Shown here: positions 63,781 through 64,000 of the stretch, in pieces
How the letters are laid out: the number at the start of each line of letters is the position of its first letter
Position numbering within the stretch: the stretch's first letter is position 1
NCBI GenBank assembly: GCA_963740355.1
Contig: CAVUDW010000002.1
Span: 1,632,001 to 1,696,000 of the forward strand
Direction: 5' to 3'
Origin: an uncultured Gemmatimonadaceae bacterium
GTDB lineage: Bacteria > Gemmatimonadota > Gemmatimonadetes > Gemmatimonadales > Gemmatimonadaceae
Length of the DNA stretch: 64,000 nt
Made by a program: the position numbers and the translations under genes
Notes under the pieces: model-generated
What the model saw: only the letters and a program-made list of their open reading frames with translations
Told to the model about the DNA's origin: nothing
The model's database searches: none

Positions 63781-64000
63781 TTGCGGGATGCTCGTTAAAA
63801 GGAGAGGAGTCCGAGCCGTTCAGCGAGTCTGTCCCCTTGAACATTCAAGGACTCTGACCCCATGACCCCCCATGAACCGGTCCCCAAGAAACAAACGCTC
63901 GCGTCACGACCAACGCTGCTGCGGTCGCACTCCGTGAGCTCCGTGCGCTCCCCCTCATTGCAGTTCCTTCACGCGCGATCGCGAAAGACAGCTGCATCGC

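Overview
High-GC bacterial window, probably Gemmatimonadota. This is an inference from the 'ALADRYRIERQLGEGGMATVYLAEDLKH' Ser/Thr kinase/TolB type and the many Ig-domain lipoproteins. It is mostly accessory genes: secreted and lipoproteins, three Hanks kinases, three hybrid histidine kinases, oxidoreductases and hydrolases. A housekeeping block (MBL hydrolase-aroF-lolA) lies at the right end. Main observations: (1) a three-gene RiPP/PTM-like operon at 2616-6006, with a 192-aa precursor-like protein carrying two Pro/Ser/Thr-rich cores, a stand-alone HopA1/LanY-like lyase, and an RRE-like/kinase/degenerate-LanC fusion; (2) an integrase-less integron remnant at 59376-61043, with an attI-like site, a candidate Pc, one complete cassette with an attC, and an Mrr-family nuclease as likely second cassette; (3) a copper amine oxidase split into two secreted polypeptides; (4) 13 clusters of a GGTGACAGTGCAC REP-like palindrome with compensatory changes and fixed-breakpoint tandem duplications. 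Four genes have 1-nt frameshifts at short G/C homopolymers, probably sequencing errors, and one GGDEF gene has an in-frame TAG. No rRNA, tRNA or CRISPR array was seen. All family calls come from motif recognition by eye, not database searches.
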